From Octopus sinensis (lineage: Eukaryota): a DNA stretch of 64,000 bases. Both the position numbers and the translations under genes were made by a program. Where the stretch lies: the NCBI RefSeq assembly GCF_006345805.1, contig NC_043000.1, positions 50,964,001 through 51,028,000 of the forward strand. Direction: 5' to 3'. Shown here piece after piece: positions 40,003-53,538 of this stretch (its first letter is position 1; the number at the start of each line of letters is the position of its first letter). Below the pieces are notes generated by a model, which worked only from the letters and a program-made list of their open reading frames with translations, was not told the DNA's origin and did no database searches.

Positions 40003-40315
40003 CATTATTATGTGTGGAGAGCAGTTGAGCAAGAGACCAACAAAACTCCTTTTAACACAAAAGATGAACTGAAGGCAAGGATTATGGCAGTATTCCCCAG
40101 CTTGAACAAGAAGACCATCCAGAAGGCTTGCAGGAGATTCCGAAGTCGTCTGGAGGCTGTGGTTGAAGCCAATGGCGATTTTATTGAATAAATTTACTGT
40201 GTAGTATTCCAAGATATTTCTGTGTAATTTTGGTAAATATATCTGTTAAAATGAGTTGTCAGTGTTATTTTCCTTTTGTATAATTTAGATGCCAGTTTAT
40301 TCACCACGCCCTGTA
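40003..40315 (+). mobile_element. Tc1/mariner-superfamily transposon 3' end
   Basis: YYVWRAVEQETNKTPFNTKDELKARIMAVFPSLNKKTIQKACRRFRSRLEAVVEANGDFIE* (stop at 40191), then terminal ttattcaccacgccctg|TA. Confidence 0.85.
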
Positions 40316-42508
40316 TATATACACACACACACATATAACTTGAGTGTGTAACCTATTCTGAACAACAGCTGCTAAGTACATAGAAAACGTTAACAAAATC
40401 TTGTTTCAGGATTTAAACTAATTAATTCTTAGCCTATATTATATAACAACTTTCTTTAATGTGAACATGTGCATAAATACCTCATAGAATATAAATATGT
40501 GTGTGTATGAAGACATGTATGTGTATATGTGTGTATTATAAATATATAGATGTATAATACACACACACACATATATATATAATTGTTTGGGGAAAACTTT
40601 GTGATAAAATATTATTATTGCATTCACAAAAGGAAGAAAATTCAATTTATATTTCTAAAGTCAAAGCAAAATGAAATGTTTGCTCAAAGAATTTATGTTT
40701 CAAAAGTTTAGTTGAAATATTAAAGATTTGAATAATATTAAATGAGCTATAATGAAATATGTATTCACTAATTGATCATTGCAAAATTGCCTTTTATTTA
40801 ATCTATATTTTGGAAAATATATAATTATTCTAAGAATAGTCCTTACTGCAATCAAGAATTCAGTTCTCTTTTATAGCTTCTTCTACACACAAAATCTGTT
40901 TGAAAATGCAAAAAGACTAATTCACTAAAAAGTATGCATATCCTTATAGGCCAAAACAAACACCACCACAAAGGCATGTGTGTAGGTGTGCTAACTAATA
41001 GCAACTCCATTTCAATATAGTACAAGAAAAATATTTCAAAGATAAATCTGTTCTTTTTAATTTTGAAGCTTATGCATGAAAATGAAAACAATGGAAAAAT
41101 AGACAAACGTGAAATTTAAATATCCATCCATCCATTCATCTATCCATCCTATGATGAACATCCTACATGTTCATCATAACAGAGATGATAATGTAGTTTT
41201 ATATAAGTACGGCTCCTCGTTTTCTCTAGTATTACCATCATTACAATTATCAGTTTAATCATCATCATCATCATCATTCTGTTTTAGCATTTTTTTTTCT
41301 ATATTGTTTTAGGTAGGTGTGTTTACAAGGCAACATCCTGCATTGTCTGTAATTCTTGTTTTTCTCTTTATTTTCATTATTATTAATTACCCAATTATTT
41401 TTCTGAACTTACTTATATTAATATGCATATATTAATAATATAACTTACTTATATTAATATGTCAAATGAGAGTGGAAAATAATTAAAGCAACTCTGAATG
41501 GTCCTTACTTGAATTTTTAAAAAATTAAATATGAAACAGAATCAAGATTTATAAATATCCTATACAATCTTCCTATTTTCATTAATTTTATTTCGCTGCT
41601 ACAGTGCATCACATCTATAAATTCTGTAGAATCAAAGCTGTTATAATCTGGTTGAGTCTAGTTTACCAGTTTAATGGATTGTACTTGATAAAAATTACTG
41701 TTCTAGCCTAAGCAAAATAATAGATACCAAACACTAAAATTAAGTAAATTATGGTAACTGTTACTGATTTGGATAAATATAGAAATTTATTTTATATCAT
41801 GGGTAGTTATTGGATACATATTGCAACAGAAAATTGTTAGATCCACTTCATAGAAAATTCATGTGGCATTGAAAGGAACTGTATCCATAATGTTCAGTAA
41901 GCCGTCATATTATTGGATATAATTATTGGATACTAGTCACAAAATGTAAATGCATATAATTTGTTAGTTAAATCTGTTCATCTTCATTTCAAATGTATTG
42001 ATATACATGAAATATTTCTTAACTTCAATAAGCACAACAATAATTAGCCTTTTATTCAAGAATATACTTAAAACAAGTCGTTCTTTTACTAGAGACATGG
42101 ATCCATTTATACTTACGATTTATTATACATACATTTGTATGTTTACCAAATATATACATTTGTCTTTAAATAGCATGAATGCATGTGTATGTATATATAA
42201 TATTGGAAATAAGCATATATGTATATTTTAGTTAGTTAGGAACAGTCTGATAGATCTCTATAATTATAGGATTAAATCATAATTAAAATTACTTTGTGGG
42301 ATCCTTTTGAACTATTAAATTACTTGGACATTGCTGCTTTTATCAAGGAGGAATACTTTGATCCAGCTGTTGAAATTGTGATTCTTTCTTTTGAGCCTTT
42401 GTGTGGACAGAACTTTAATTATATCTTCCAATATCAGTATATCACCAAATAATTATTTGTAAAGGTTTAGTTGTATGTTTGGAATTGGTTGTTTATTGAA
42501 TATCACAG

Positions 42509-42518
42509 ATGAAGACCA
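42509..42518 (+). CDS. Candidate 10-nt micro-exon
   Basis: gtttattgaatatcacag|ATGAAGACCA|gtaagt. Confidence 0.28.
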
Positions 42519-43108
42519 GTAAGTGTGAGAATTTAATCAGTGTCATCTGTGATTAGAAGATTCAAAATGAGTGACTTCAGTAAATAAGATTTAACTGTTA
42601 TAATGAAGTCTGATTAACACTGTGTTGAACTTGAAAATAAGTTATTTGAATATTTTAATTATTTCTTGGATCCTATTAGTTTGAATCTAACTCTGTATGG
42701 TTCTTTCATTCCCTTTTAATCAGATATAGTTCTGTTATATCAGTTTTTATTATATGTAATAAATTCTAGATATCAAAATTCAACGTCACTTTTTCTCAGT
42801 GTTAAAAATAAAGATTAATGCTTCTTTACTTTTGTTTCTTACTAGTTCAGTTTTAGTTCCATTGTTTCCTGATACAAATACAATTTTCTAAGAAAGGATA
42901 GATGCTTATTCATCCAGGGATGAATAAACAGAAATCTCCTAATTGACAATGATCATTGGATTTCAACTTAAAGAGGCTACTGAACTAAATACTGCAAAAT
43001 TTATAGTTTGCTGTTTTACTGTATATGCTGTTTTACTGTATATGCTGTTCCAGTTGACTCAGAAATCTTACTGATGAATGTGGTATTAAATACTTCACTC
43101 TTATACAG

Positions 43109-43120
43109 AATGACAATCCG
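43109..43120 (+). other. Candidate 12-nt micro-exon
   Basis: tacttcactcttatacag|AATGACAATCCG|gtatgt. Confidence 0.25.
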
Positions 43121-43299
43121 GTATGTCTATCTAGTTGTTCCCAAGTTTGGTGCATTTTGTTTAAGATATGATCAATGTCAAGAAATCTTATTAACTTATA
43201 GAGCAATTCATTTAACTGTAGGCTTTACTTGACCTTCACAAAAAGCTAGTAAATGTTGAGTACTTGAAGTAATAATTGACCCTGAAGATGAAGGCTAAT

Positions 43300-44800
43300 G
43301 TTTGGGGTGCTGTTTCTGTTATATTGTGAATATGAGACCACCAGAAAAAAAATCATCAGTGTTTGTAGTAAATTTCAAGATTTTTGTTGTGTGTTGCTTG
43401 TGACTATGTGGGTAGGCACAAAATTGTTTCCTTGATGTATGTAATGAATGTGTATTTCTGGTATTAGAGGAAACAATATGATACATCTCCCATTAGAGAA
43501 GGTTTTTGAGGTTTGCAAGAAGGTGTTCATAGAGACATATTTCACATGAGTTATTTTTATTACATGGTGATGTCACTTGTGTGCAGAAGGTTTGGTGTAG
43601 TGAAGTGTGGTATCATTTGCTTAGAAGTGAGCATTGTTTGAGATGGTGGCAAATAGGTAGCTGATGTATAAGATGAAAAGTGTGGACAATGCATAACTGA
43701 TATTTGGAGCACACAAAGGAGAGCTCCATTTGCACACATATTGCAGTCTTGCAATCATACAAAAAGCTTCTGAACAACACAGCATGAGATAGATGAAGCT
43801 CATGGGTTGGTACCTTAGCTGGGAGATATGTATACCAAACAAATTCAGATGCTTTTCTAATATCAAGTGCAATATTTTAACCAAATTTGTCATGTGTGAG
43901 GCCTCACTAATGACTGACATAAGGAAAGCTATGCTGGTGGTCATTAAACATGTATAAAGACTTTTTAGATATTGGGGACGTTGTTTATTAATTATATATT
44001 AGATATAGATCAGTAATTGATGGTGGTCAGAAAGTTGTCTTTCTTGGGAATTAAACTCATAGTAGTATGTTTTCAACAATCAGAATGTATCCATCCTCAT
44101 AAAGCAAAAGATGGATTGAAGTGTTTGTTGAGAATAGTTACTGCTTCCAGGACACATATTTTAGCTGGTAATCTTGTTGAACAATTTTAAGAGCACTTTC
44201 ACACTTTGCTCTTGGAAGTGGTGCTAAGCTGGCAAGAGGAGGAGGAAAGTTTTAGTGGAGTTCTGCTTTGTGTATGCATTGTAGTATTGGATGCAAAATG
44301 GGCAGCGGCTGTAGCAACTCTTTCTATGATTTCAGAAGCATCACAGTTGAAAAGTAGAGATTAGGAGGATCACACAAAATTGTTAGATATCTTGATTTAG
44401 CAAGGAACATGAAGGATTGACTGTAATTTGGGAGGTGGAAGACGTTATGGGCTAAGCAATCTATGAAGGTATATTTTGCATGTTAGATTATGGTTTTGCA
44501 AGTGTTTCTGTAGTGGGTACCATGCAGCTTGTAGGATTGTACAATTTGTAGGATGAAGATTTGCAGGCAATGTTGCTCATGTTCTTTGGATGCAGTACAT
44601 GCAACTCATTTTGGGTATTTGAAATGATGTATTTTGTCTGTGTGCAGAATTGTTTCTGTCATCTCTTTAACCATCTCTAATGGGTTAAGGATGAAGAACA
44701 TCCTACCAGGGATAGCTAGCATAAAATTTACAGAGCTCTGACCAGTCAACTGTCACAAAAATTGGACATAGCACTGCATGGTGAGTAGTCAAAGCTAAGC
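43300..44800 (-). mobile_element. Decayed CR1/Jockey-like LINE, reverse transcriptase region
   Basis: Minus strand gives LIPKKDN (~44030-44060) and LFILYISYLFATISNNAHF*ANDTT, a degenerate YADD motif at ~43612-43626. Many stops and frameshifts; outer limits approximate. Confidence 0.75.
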
Positions 44801-46994
44801 AGTAGTTAATCAGTTTAGTAGGAGGTGGGCTTCATTGTAAAAATAAATTGTTCGTGGGTGTTTTGAGAGTCTGTGTTTCTTTTCAGTGCTTCTGCTTAAT
44901 ATTGATTATAGTGGTTATTTTTATTCAGTGCTGAGGTGTGTGGTTTATTTGAAATCTGTTATGTTACAGTTTGAAAATTATATAGAATTCAAACTGATTT
45001 TGTAATCAATTTCTATATATCATTAGTGACTACAATACATAATTATAAGGTTTAATTTCTTTGTTTCTAATATTCACCTATCTAATTATGATACGATGAT
45101 CTTTATAACATTAGAGATTAATTCTATGCTTCAGGTGTATAGTTTTGCTGATTGTTTACTTCATAATAGTTGCTGCATATTGCTACAAGCACTGTTTTGA
45201 TGATATCAGGAATATATTGAAATATATCTTACAATATTGTTTTCTTTTGTCATGGCAAAAACAAATTTCAGGTGGGGAAGGGTTATATTTGAGCAAATCA
45301 GCTCCTTTGTATTGCTGGTACTTGCTTTATCAAGTACTGAAAGATGAACATTAGTGTTGATCCCTTCAGATTTTGTGAATGTGCATTACTTTTGTTAAGA
45401 CTATTATAAGATTAGCAGAATGACAATCCCACAGATTTCTTCAGTATACTACTTAATGTTGTAGAATTACTAGCATTTCTTTTCAATGCTGCTTAATTTC
45501 CTTGAGCCACAGAACTTGGAGAATGATTATTAATTATATTATGAAACCTTGTCATACAGCTGTTGTTAGTAGCAGAATATTTTTTTCCTATCTTGCAAAT
45601 TGCTATGTACTTAGAATTTTCTCCTAAGTTTTACATACAGATTCCATTACTAGCAATAAGATCACATTTTCAGTATCATCATCTTTGCAATTGCTATCAA
45701 AAATGCAGTAGTTTAGCAGAATCATTAGAGTATTGGACAAAATGCCTTGTAGTATTTAATTATGGCCTTTTACATTCTGAGTTCATATCCTACTGAAGGC
45801 ACTCTACTTTTCAACCTTTAGAGGTTCATAAAATTATGTACCTGGAGGTCAATTTTATTGACTATACTCTCCCCCAAAATATGTGGCATTGTGCCAATAA
45901 CAGAAATTAATGTTATAATCAAATGCATTAACACCAACACCTTCAAGTTAATAACCATCATAATCATTACTAGATTACTTTTACTGTAGTCATGGCCATA
46001 AAAACCATCAAACATTTAACATCATATTTTCTATGTTGCTATAATGATTAACTGCAGCAACCATCTGATACTGAGAGTAATATGTAATTACTAGCCTTTC
46101 AGAATATATGAATATGTGATTAGAGTAGATGAATTGTGTTATGTGAGTAATCGCCTGTGCCATGTCTGAGATGGGTTCATAAAGATTTAGATATATGTGG
46201 TTTCACCAATAGACTGAAAAATATTTCAATACTGATATAAATGAAAAGAAAGTTATTTCTATGTATCTATCTTAATGATGCAGAGCATAAAAACAAAATC
46301 TATAATAAAATGATGATGATGGTGGTGACAAGAGTCCTCATCATCATTGCTGTCACCACCACCACCAGAAGGAAATTAATCTGTAGCTAAATATGTGACA
46401 ATAACAATATCATTATCATGAAATTGATATTCATTATAATTATGTCAGTTACACGGATGATTATGGTGAGAACAATTGTGATGCCAATACTTTTTTGCTA
46501 TAATGAAAATTCTTATCAAATGGTAAGGAAAAAAAAGGATTGTGAAAATGATGAGAACAAGCATAAGGGGAATTACTACTACTGCATGTAACGATGTGGG
46601 TATGGTGGCATATTATTACATATGACTACTTTATTATTATTGCTAAGATTAATGACAACCAAGATGATGATCTATTTGTTAAACATCATAACACAGATAT
46701 TAGTTATTGCACAAGTATTAGTTAAAGCAACTGTTTCTTTAATTGTAAGCTTCTGAGAATGTGTGAAAATGCATGTGTAAATAGCTTTATTTCCTATTCA
46801 TTTTCTTGTGCTTCAATTGATGGTATTAAGGTTATGTATTTGCTTCTTCAATCTTTTCAAACACTTCATCATGTCTGCATCCAGTTTGTCTTTTCTCTGC
46901 CATACTATCACAGGAAAAGATGAGCAGAAATAATGTTTAGCTCATGTTTCCTGACAGGCATGACAAATAAGGTCGTTTATTTTTATGTTTTCAG

Positions 46995-47053
46995 GCAGAA
47001 TTGAAAATGCTCATGTTCACAATTTTTTGATTGCCATTAGTGATAAAAGCGAG
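46995..47053 (+). CDS. Candidate 59-nt exon, unknown product
   Basis: tttatttttatgttttcag|GCAGAATTG...AAAAGCGAG|gtaaca. The only open frame is xRIENAHVHNFLIAISDKSE. Confidence 0.35.
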
Positions 47054-47271
47054 GTAACAAACAAAATTACAGTATAGATTGAGTTGCCTGGCATTTATTT
47101 ACTGTCTTTTCTAATTTTCTGGACTTGTTTTAGATAGGTAAAGCCTTTTCTTACATTAAATAATTTACGAATCGTTGTGCTAGAGTGATAATGAGGTTGA
47201 CTACATAGCCTAGTTTTTACATATATTTCCTTGTATTCTCAAATGAGATATTTTAGTCTGCTTCCTACATC

Positions 47272-47385
47272 ATCATCATCATCCTCATCAATCGTTTAAT
47301 GTCCAATTTCCATGCTGGCATGGGTTGGATGGTTCGACACGGAGCTGGTCAGCTGTCCAAACACCAGTTGTCTGTTGTGGCATCA
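47272..47385 (-). mobile_element. Family C (RTE-tail) short fragment
   Basis: (CAT)n atcgtttaatgtccaatttccatgctggcatgggttggatgg. Confidence 0.75.
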
Positions 47386-48089
47386 CAGACCATCCAACGA
47401 GGCAGTGTGAAGTGATTCTGTGCATAGAAAAGGTTCTAATAATCTGTATCCTATTAATTTTGATACTACCATTGCATATAAATTAATATAGTAACTGCAG
47501 CAAATGTTACTTTTCCTCCTTGTCATTATTATCATGACAACTTCTTCATTCTACGCCATCATAACTACATTTCTAGAAAATTTTCAACTTTCTCAAATGA
47601 TATTTGAAAGTCTGTATTGTGAGGCTTAGTGTATATACTCATATTATTGAATCTTTATTGAGTCTTTTGTGTATCAAAGATATATTTGCTTTCCTTGTCT
47701 ATAGCTATAATTTATGCTCTTTGCACATTTCAAATCAGGAATAAAAATTAAGAAAAATTTGTAAACCATTACAATTCAGTACACTACATTGACTATAATT
47801 TATTCCAACATTTCCTTTGTATTTAAAAATAATATTAAAAAGTAGAATAAATAGACTTTTGCAGAAACATCATACACACATGCATGCACACCCAATTCTG
47901 ATAGCTTTTCTGACCAAAGCGTCAGCTTATCATGCCACATTTGTTTTGTTTTCAGCCAGTTTGTCTTTTGAGATACAAATATTATTTACTATACATGCAC
48001 CAACATTTCCTCATTTTTACATAAGAATGAATTTCTTTGCTTTACTATTAATTCTGAACATGAAATACTTTTCATTTTCTTTTAACCAG

Positions 48090-48113
48090 GACAGGAAGTG
48101 ACATCTGAATAAA
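48090..48113 (+). CDS. Candidate terminal exon (DRK*) with adjacent AATAAA
   Basis: ttttcattttcttttaaccag|GAC AGG AAG TGA, with AATAAA at 48108-48113 followed by a T-rich tract. Confidence 0.27.
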
Positions 48114-49095
48114 TATGATTTTGAGATTTTTTTTTAAATTTAATTTTTTATTTTTTTAGCTTTTTATAGTTTTAAGCAAAAATAATTCCACTACTACATT
48201 TCAGAGGTAAAATTTAAGTGTCTGTAAATCTGAAATCAGCATTAAACATATAACTGACAGTCAAACAAGCAATCACAATCATAAATAAACATACAAAGAA
48301 ACAGTCTCTGTTATTTATTCAAGATAGTACAAGGAAAGATAACACTGTAATATTTTAACTGTCACTTTAGAAATAAATACAACCATTATTAAGGAGTTGG
48401 ATCATATGCACCAGAAAATATGAATTCAGATTATTAATCATAGCTCAAGTATTGTGTATCCTTCTTTTACTTTATTTCAATAAAACCAACTGAAAATACA
48501 TTTCAATTTCATTTTATGATAATGATTAGAATTTTTTGATGAAGCTTCTATGTTAAGAACAGAAGCACACCCATTTTTCAGACTCACTAAAATTACTATC
48601 TGCATTCAAATAGGGTTCTAAATATATTTGTTTTGACAAAGAAACTGCACTAAGAAGTGTATTATTAAACTAATGAATATATGTATAAAGTTGCATAGCA
48701 TAACATGTTGTTTTCTGTTACTGACTTACTTTTAAATTGATTTAATTCCAAATCATTTTTCAAGTAGCATACATTGTTAATTGAAACAATACTTTTTCTT
48801 AACCAACCTCCCTCAAAACCTTACCATATTATTAAGATTGTATTTCAGTTCCTTAGCAGTTGAATTCCTTTCACACAATAAACAATAACCATCCTTTGTT
48901 TTTCTATATTCATTTCTTTTTGAATATCCTTTTAACAAACAGCTAACACTATAATTGTTTGTTAATTTCTAGTTGAATGAGTTAAGTTTGTGAAACTGCA
49001 ACAGGAAAAAAAAGTATCTGGAGAAATTATTGGTCTTCATTTATGAGTTGTCAATTCAAATGCTACTGTGGCTATATTACTGTTTACTTTCCATA

Positions 49096-49355
49096 AAAAG
49101 CAGTGAGTTAGCAGAATGGTTAGCATGCTGATCAAAATGTACCTTGTCATCATTACGTTCATCATTACATATTTTGCCATCGTAACAGTATTTTGTCCAT
49201 CTTTACAGTCTGAGTTCAAATTCTACTGGTGTCGACTTTACCTGTCATCCTATTTTGGGGTCAATGAAATAAGTACCTGTTGAGCACTGGGATTGATGTA
49301 ATCAACTTAGCCCCTCTCCCAAAATTGCTGGCCTTGTGCCAAAATGTGAAACCTA
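49096..49355 (+). mobile_element. Family A SINE with internal insertion
   Basis: gcagtgagttagcagaatggttagcatgctg head; tctgagttcaaattctactggtgtcgacttt body; ccttgtgccaaaatgtgaaacc end. Confidence 0.8.
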
Positions 49356-50236
49356 TATTATTGTTTACTTTTGGCAGGGTTTTTTTTTATACCGGTGTAC
49401 CTAGCAAATACAGCTTCTCTGTTGTTTTACTTTTGCAACTGGGAAATATTTATAATTATAGGCATAATATACAAATATTTAAATTTTCATATATGTATAA
49501 ATACTGGAATTATTAACAGTTAGATCCTAATGACTAAATAACCTTGGAAAATATTGTCAAGATGTGTTCTCAAAATTTTATCAAATTATTTGAATATGTA
49601 TAGTGAAGATAGATTATATTTTCCATATATTTGAATATTATTTTTCTTTTAGGAAAATATGAATTCTGTATCATCTGTAGGCAAACAAGGCTTTAATATA
49701 TTGAAAATCTATTAAATATTGAGTAATCCAGAAGCAGAAAAGTGTGCATTAATGATTTATTGAATTCTTGAGGTTCAGCTGCAAATACATTGTTCCTGTT
49801 CAATATTCTATGAATCCCTGTAACTTTTACTGCTGCTTCTGTTTGTAAGTTGTTCATCTGTTTTAATCAATATTCAGTACAATATATCCTTACTTAAGCA
49901 TTTCTTAGATTCTTCTTGAAAATTTTTTTTATAAATCACGGCAGCAACATTTTGTTTATTAATGTTTATGCCATGTTTGTATTTTTAATACTTTATATAA
50001 ATTTATGCTTTTATCATCCTTTTCTTATTCTTATCATAGTATTCTTATCTGAAAACTATTTCAAAGTGTTAGGAAATTTTAGGTTACAAGGTTACATCTC
50101 AGCTGTAGAAATACCTCGAGATGATTGTCAGAAAATATTACTGTACGGTGCATCTAAGTTGCATCAAATTGTGACTTTTCAAGTCACACCACAATTCATA
50201 TATACAGATATATGAATTTATATATGCATATATATG

Positions 50237-50594
50237 GGTACAGGAGTGGCTGTGCGGTAAGTAGCTTGCTTACCAACCAGGGTTCCGGGGTTCAGTCCCA
50301 CTTCGTGGAAGCCTTGTGAGTGGATATGGTAGACAGAAACTGAAAGAAGCCCATTGTATATATATATATGTGTGTTTGTGTGTGTGTGTGTGTATGTGTT
50401 TGTCCCCCCAACATCACTTGACAACCGATGCTGGTGTGTTTACATCCTTGTAACTTAGCGGTTCAACAAAAGAAACCGATAGAATAAGTACTAGGCTTAC
50501 AAAGAGTAAGTCCTGGGGTCAATTTGCTCGACTAAAGGTGGTGCTCCAGCATGGCCACAGTCAAATGACTGAAACAAGTAAAAGAGTAAAGAGT
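50237..50594 (+). mobile_element. tRNA-derived SINE family B, near full length
   Basis: A-box-like tggctgtgcggtaag, B-box-like gggttcagtccc, internal (TA)/(TG) tract, and end gactgaaacaagtaaaagagtaaagagta. Confidence 0.9.
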
Positions 50595-51144
50595 ATATAT
50601 TCTACTGTGCAATTCATAAATTCATTAAAACGTGCGTGTGTGTGTGTACTCACACACATACATATATACATATATGTTTGTGTGTGATAATTTTCTGCTC
50701 AATTTTCATGTGGCAAATATCACTTACATTGTTATGTTTGTTTTAATTCTTTGTGGCATATACCCCACATTGAGCATAAACCACTAAATGAACTCAATCA
50801 TTCAGTGAATCATGACTTATGAAATGAATTCCAGACTAAGTACTGTAGGTGGTATAGTTGATGAAGACACCTTAATGGCAATACCTCTGTAAGGTGTTGT
50901 TAAACACCTGAGCACATTCACTAATATATGTAAATTCCTGTGTGTTTGTTTCTTTGTGTGTATTGATATAAATTCCTTGTGATATTTACTCTATAAAGGA
51001 CGAGACTCTGTTGGTGTATTTGACATTTTGAAGACAGCTTGAGATATATACAGATGTTGAATATAAACAACTATAATATATTGTAGGTAGTGCCTTAATA
51101 AGTATATTCCACTGCCTGTTTTGAGTATACTTCTCTATTTTCGC

Positions 51145-51313
51145 GTGTGTGTGTGTGTGCGTGTTTGGGTATCTATCTATCTGTGTGTCTGTGTGTCTGT
51201 CTGTCTCTCTCTCTACCTCTCTATCTATCTATCTATCTATTTGTCTATCTATCTTTTTATCTGTCTGTCTGTCTATCTTTCTATCTGTCTGCCTATCTAT
51301 ATCTATCTATCTA
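51145..51313. repeat. (TG)n-(TCTG)n-(TCTA)n compound microsatellite
   Basis: Directly visible. It produces the LSIY ORFs. Confidence 0.95.
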
Positions 51314-52633
51314 TTGAAATGTATGCTATTTTTTACGACCACAATTAATAAACTTGGTAAACTTCTAAGAGTTTCTCGGTCTTCAATATATATTTTATTG
51401 TTTATTGTTTATTATGGCAATATCATCAACTGTAAAACATCCTTCAAAACTCCATCATGTCACTTAAAACAAGATTCAACATTAGCTGACAGGAATGTCA
51501 AAACTGAAAAAGGCGTAAAATGTCAAATTAAAACCATAGCCTATAACAAAATAGTTTAACTGACAAAATATACACCAGTTAATCATTAGTAATTTTTATC
51601 TTTTTACTAAATTAACAATTTTACCACAGTTCCCTTATCTAGATTTTAGATTCTAATTCCCTTTGTGTGTGTTCATCATCATCATCATCATCATCATCGT
51701 CGTTGTCATTATCATCATCGTTTTTTTCATTTTACATCTATATTCTATACTGGCATATATTGGAGGGGTCATCACAGTTTAAGTCAGTTCATATTCAGAG
51801 ATAATTGACATCCTAGAACAAGAGTTCTCAACCATTTTTCATCTATGGATCCCTTTGATTACTATTTTATTCTGGTGGACCCCCATAGCCATTCAATGTT
51901 TAAAAAGTAGATTTATAGAAACTTGTTTCAACATTCCTATTTTGTTTTTTCATGCATTAACTTTGTGTTGCTTGAACTATGTTAAAATGTTAGAGAAAGA
52001 AACCTATCTGTGTTTTTGCAATACATACCAATACATTCATCTAAAGCAGAATTTTTTCAGGGGTCCTTAAAATACTGTTGTGCATCCCAGTTTACGATTT
52101 TGTTATGTGGACACACAAAAATACTTATATGAACTCTCTGGGCCTATATGGACCCAGGTTGAAAACCACTCTCCTAGAAGGTGATAGGACCATCACACAT
52201 TGCACATTTAAAATTTTGATATGGTTTGTATGGCTGGTTTTCCTTCTTAATTGTAACTACATTTTATCATGATAGCAGCTCAAGAGAGGTTATTTTCTAT
52301 TCAGTAAAACAAAACTGAATATTGTCTCAATCCTATTTTGTCTTCACTTGTTTTGCAGTTGTTTAACAGAATGCAATGAAATCATTTGTCATAGCACCAG
52401 CACTAGTGAGGTTGTATTGTGCCTGTAAGACGAAGGGGGTCTTCACAGCTCAGTGTTGTCCTGGTTCATACTGATAGATGTGTTATAAACTATGGGCAGC
52501 TGTAAGAGTGTGGGTGATGTAAAAATGCATGACCAAGTGGGACGAGAAAGAGAGAGAGAGAGAGTGGCTAGCAGTACAGAAGTACAATGGTAACTGGTAA
52601 GAGAGGGCATGAGTGATGAACAGTTGAGATGAT

Positions 52634-52979
52634 GTTCTATATTTAAGAGATGAGGAATTATGTACATTATTTACATTATTTACATTTGACGGATATTTGT
52701 CCTCATCTTGTTTGTTGTTAGCACAACGTTTCGGCTGATACACCCCCCAGCCTTCATTAGGTGTCTTGGGGAAATTTCGAACCTGGGTTCTCATTCCTAA
52801 GGTATTTTTTGATGTTATTATTATTATGATCATTATTATTATTATTATCAATATCATTATTATTATTATTATTATTATTATGATCATTATTATTATTATT
52901 ATTATTCAAGTCACTGCCTGGAATCGAACTCGGAATGTTGGGGTTAGTAGCCCATGCTCTTAACCACTATGCCATATGG
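52634..52979 (-). mobile_element. SINE-like element: tRNA-like Pol III head, (AAT)n spacer, hammerhead-containing body
   Basis: Minus strand: A box TGGCATAGTGG (52974-52964), 7-nt anticodon-like loop CTACTAA, B box GAGTTCGATTCC (52931-52920), ~95 bp of (AAT)n, then a unique body containing gacac CTAATGA A GGCTG..CAGCC GAAACGTT gtgct. Confidence 0.75.
52720..52766 (-). ncRNA. Minimal type I hammerhead-ribozyme fold, core mutated (CTAATGA)
   Basis: Stem I CAC/GTG; core CTAATGA (G5 to A versus CUGAUGA); 5-bp stem II GGCTG/CAGCC with a 10-nt loop; GAAA; palindromic AACGTT stem III. This copy is probably inactive. Confidence 0.7.
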
Positions 52980-53520
52980 ATATCTGGTGTAGGGTGGGAG
53001 TAACTGAGGCAGGAGATATACTGGGTTTGATTCATCTCTTTTTAATCAGGTATCATAATAGGAAAGACACACTAATGACAGTTATATATTTGCTGGCAGA
53101 TATGGCTACAGGAGGGTATGTATATCAAATACCAGCTTATCTCATGCAATCACTTGTTAGTCTGGCATTAGGAGAAAAGGCACTAAATGCTGGTGAGAAG
53201 GAGAGTAAATGGTAGTGGTTGTTGATGAAAGCTTGCATAGGTGAATAATAGGTGGGAAGTGATGGATGTCAATGGAAGAGAGACTGCTATCTCACAGTAC
53301 ATGTGTAAAAGAAAGGGTGTATCAGATATCAAGAGGTCCAATGCAATCCTTTGTTACTCAGGTGGTATGAGGAGAAGAAGAAAGGTATTAGGAAATATAA
53401 TTGGTCGTAATGGTGGAGATTCAGAATGGACAAATTTAATGTATTTCTCATTTCATGGGTGGTTTTGGAAAGTGAATCGGGGTAGGGTTGAACAGATAGT
53501 AATAGCAGCAGGGAAAAACT
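52980..53520 (-). mobile_element. Decayed LINE fragment, probably CR1/Jockey-like endonuclease region
   Basis: Purine-rich plus strand. Minus-strand pieces (cacctgagtaacaaaggattgcattggacctcttgatatctgatacacc; tgtgagatagcagtctctcttccattgacatccatcacttccc) resemble the PTRV..LDL..SDH end of an APE domain. Confidence 0.5.
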
Positions 53521-53538
53521 CAGTGGGTGCAAAATAAG

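Noticed and set aside
44734-44780. Exon-like stretch ending ATG|gtgagt
   Set aside because: It lies at the edge of the decayed minus-strand LINE with a weak acceptor, so it is likely fortuitous.
52907-52979. Possible tRNA gene
   Set aside because: A and B boxes are present, but the acceptor and anticodon stems pair poorly and it is fused to a repeat body. Treated as a SINE head.
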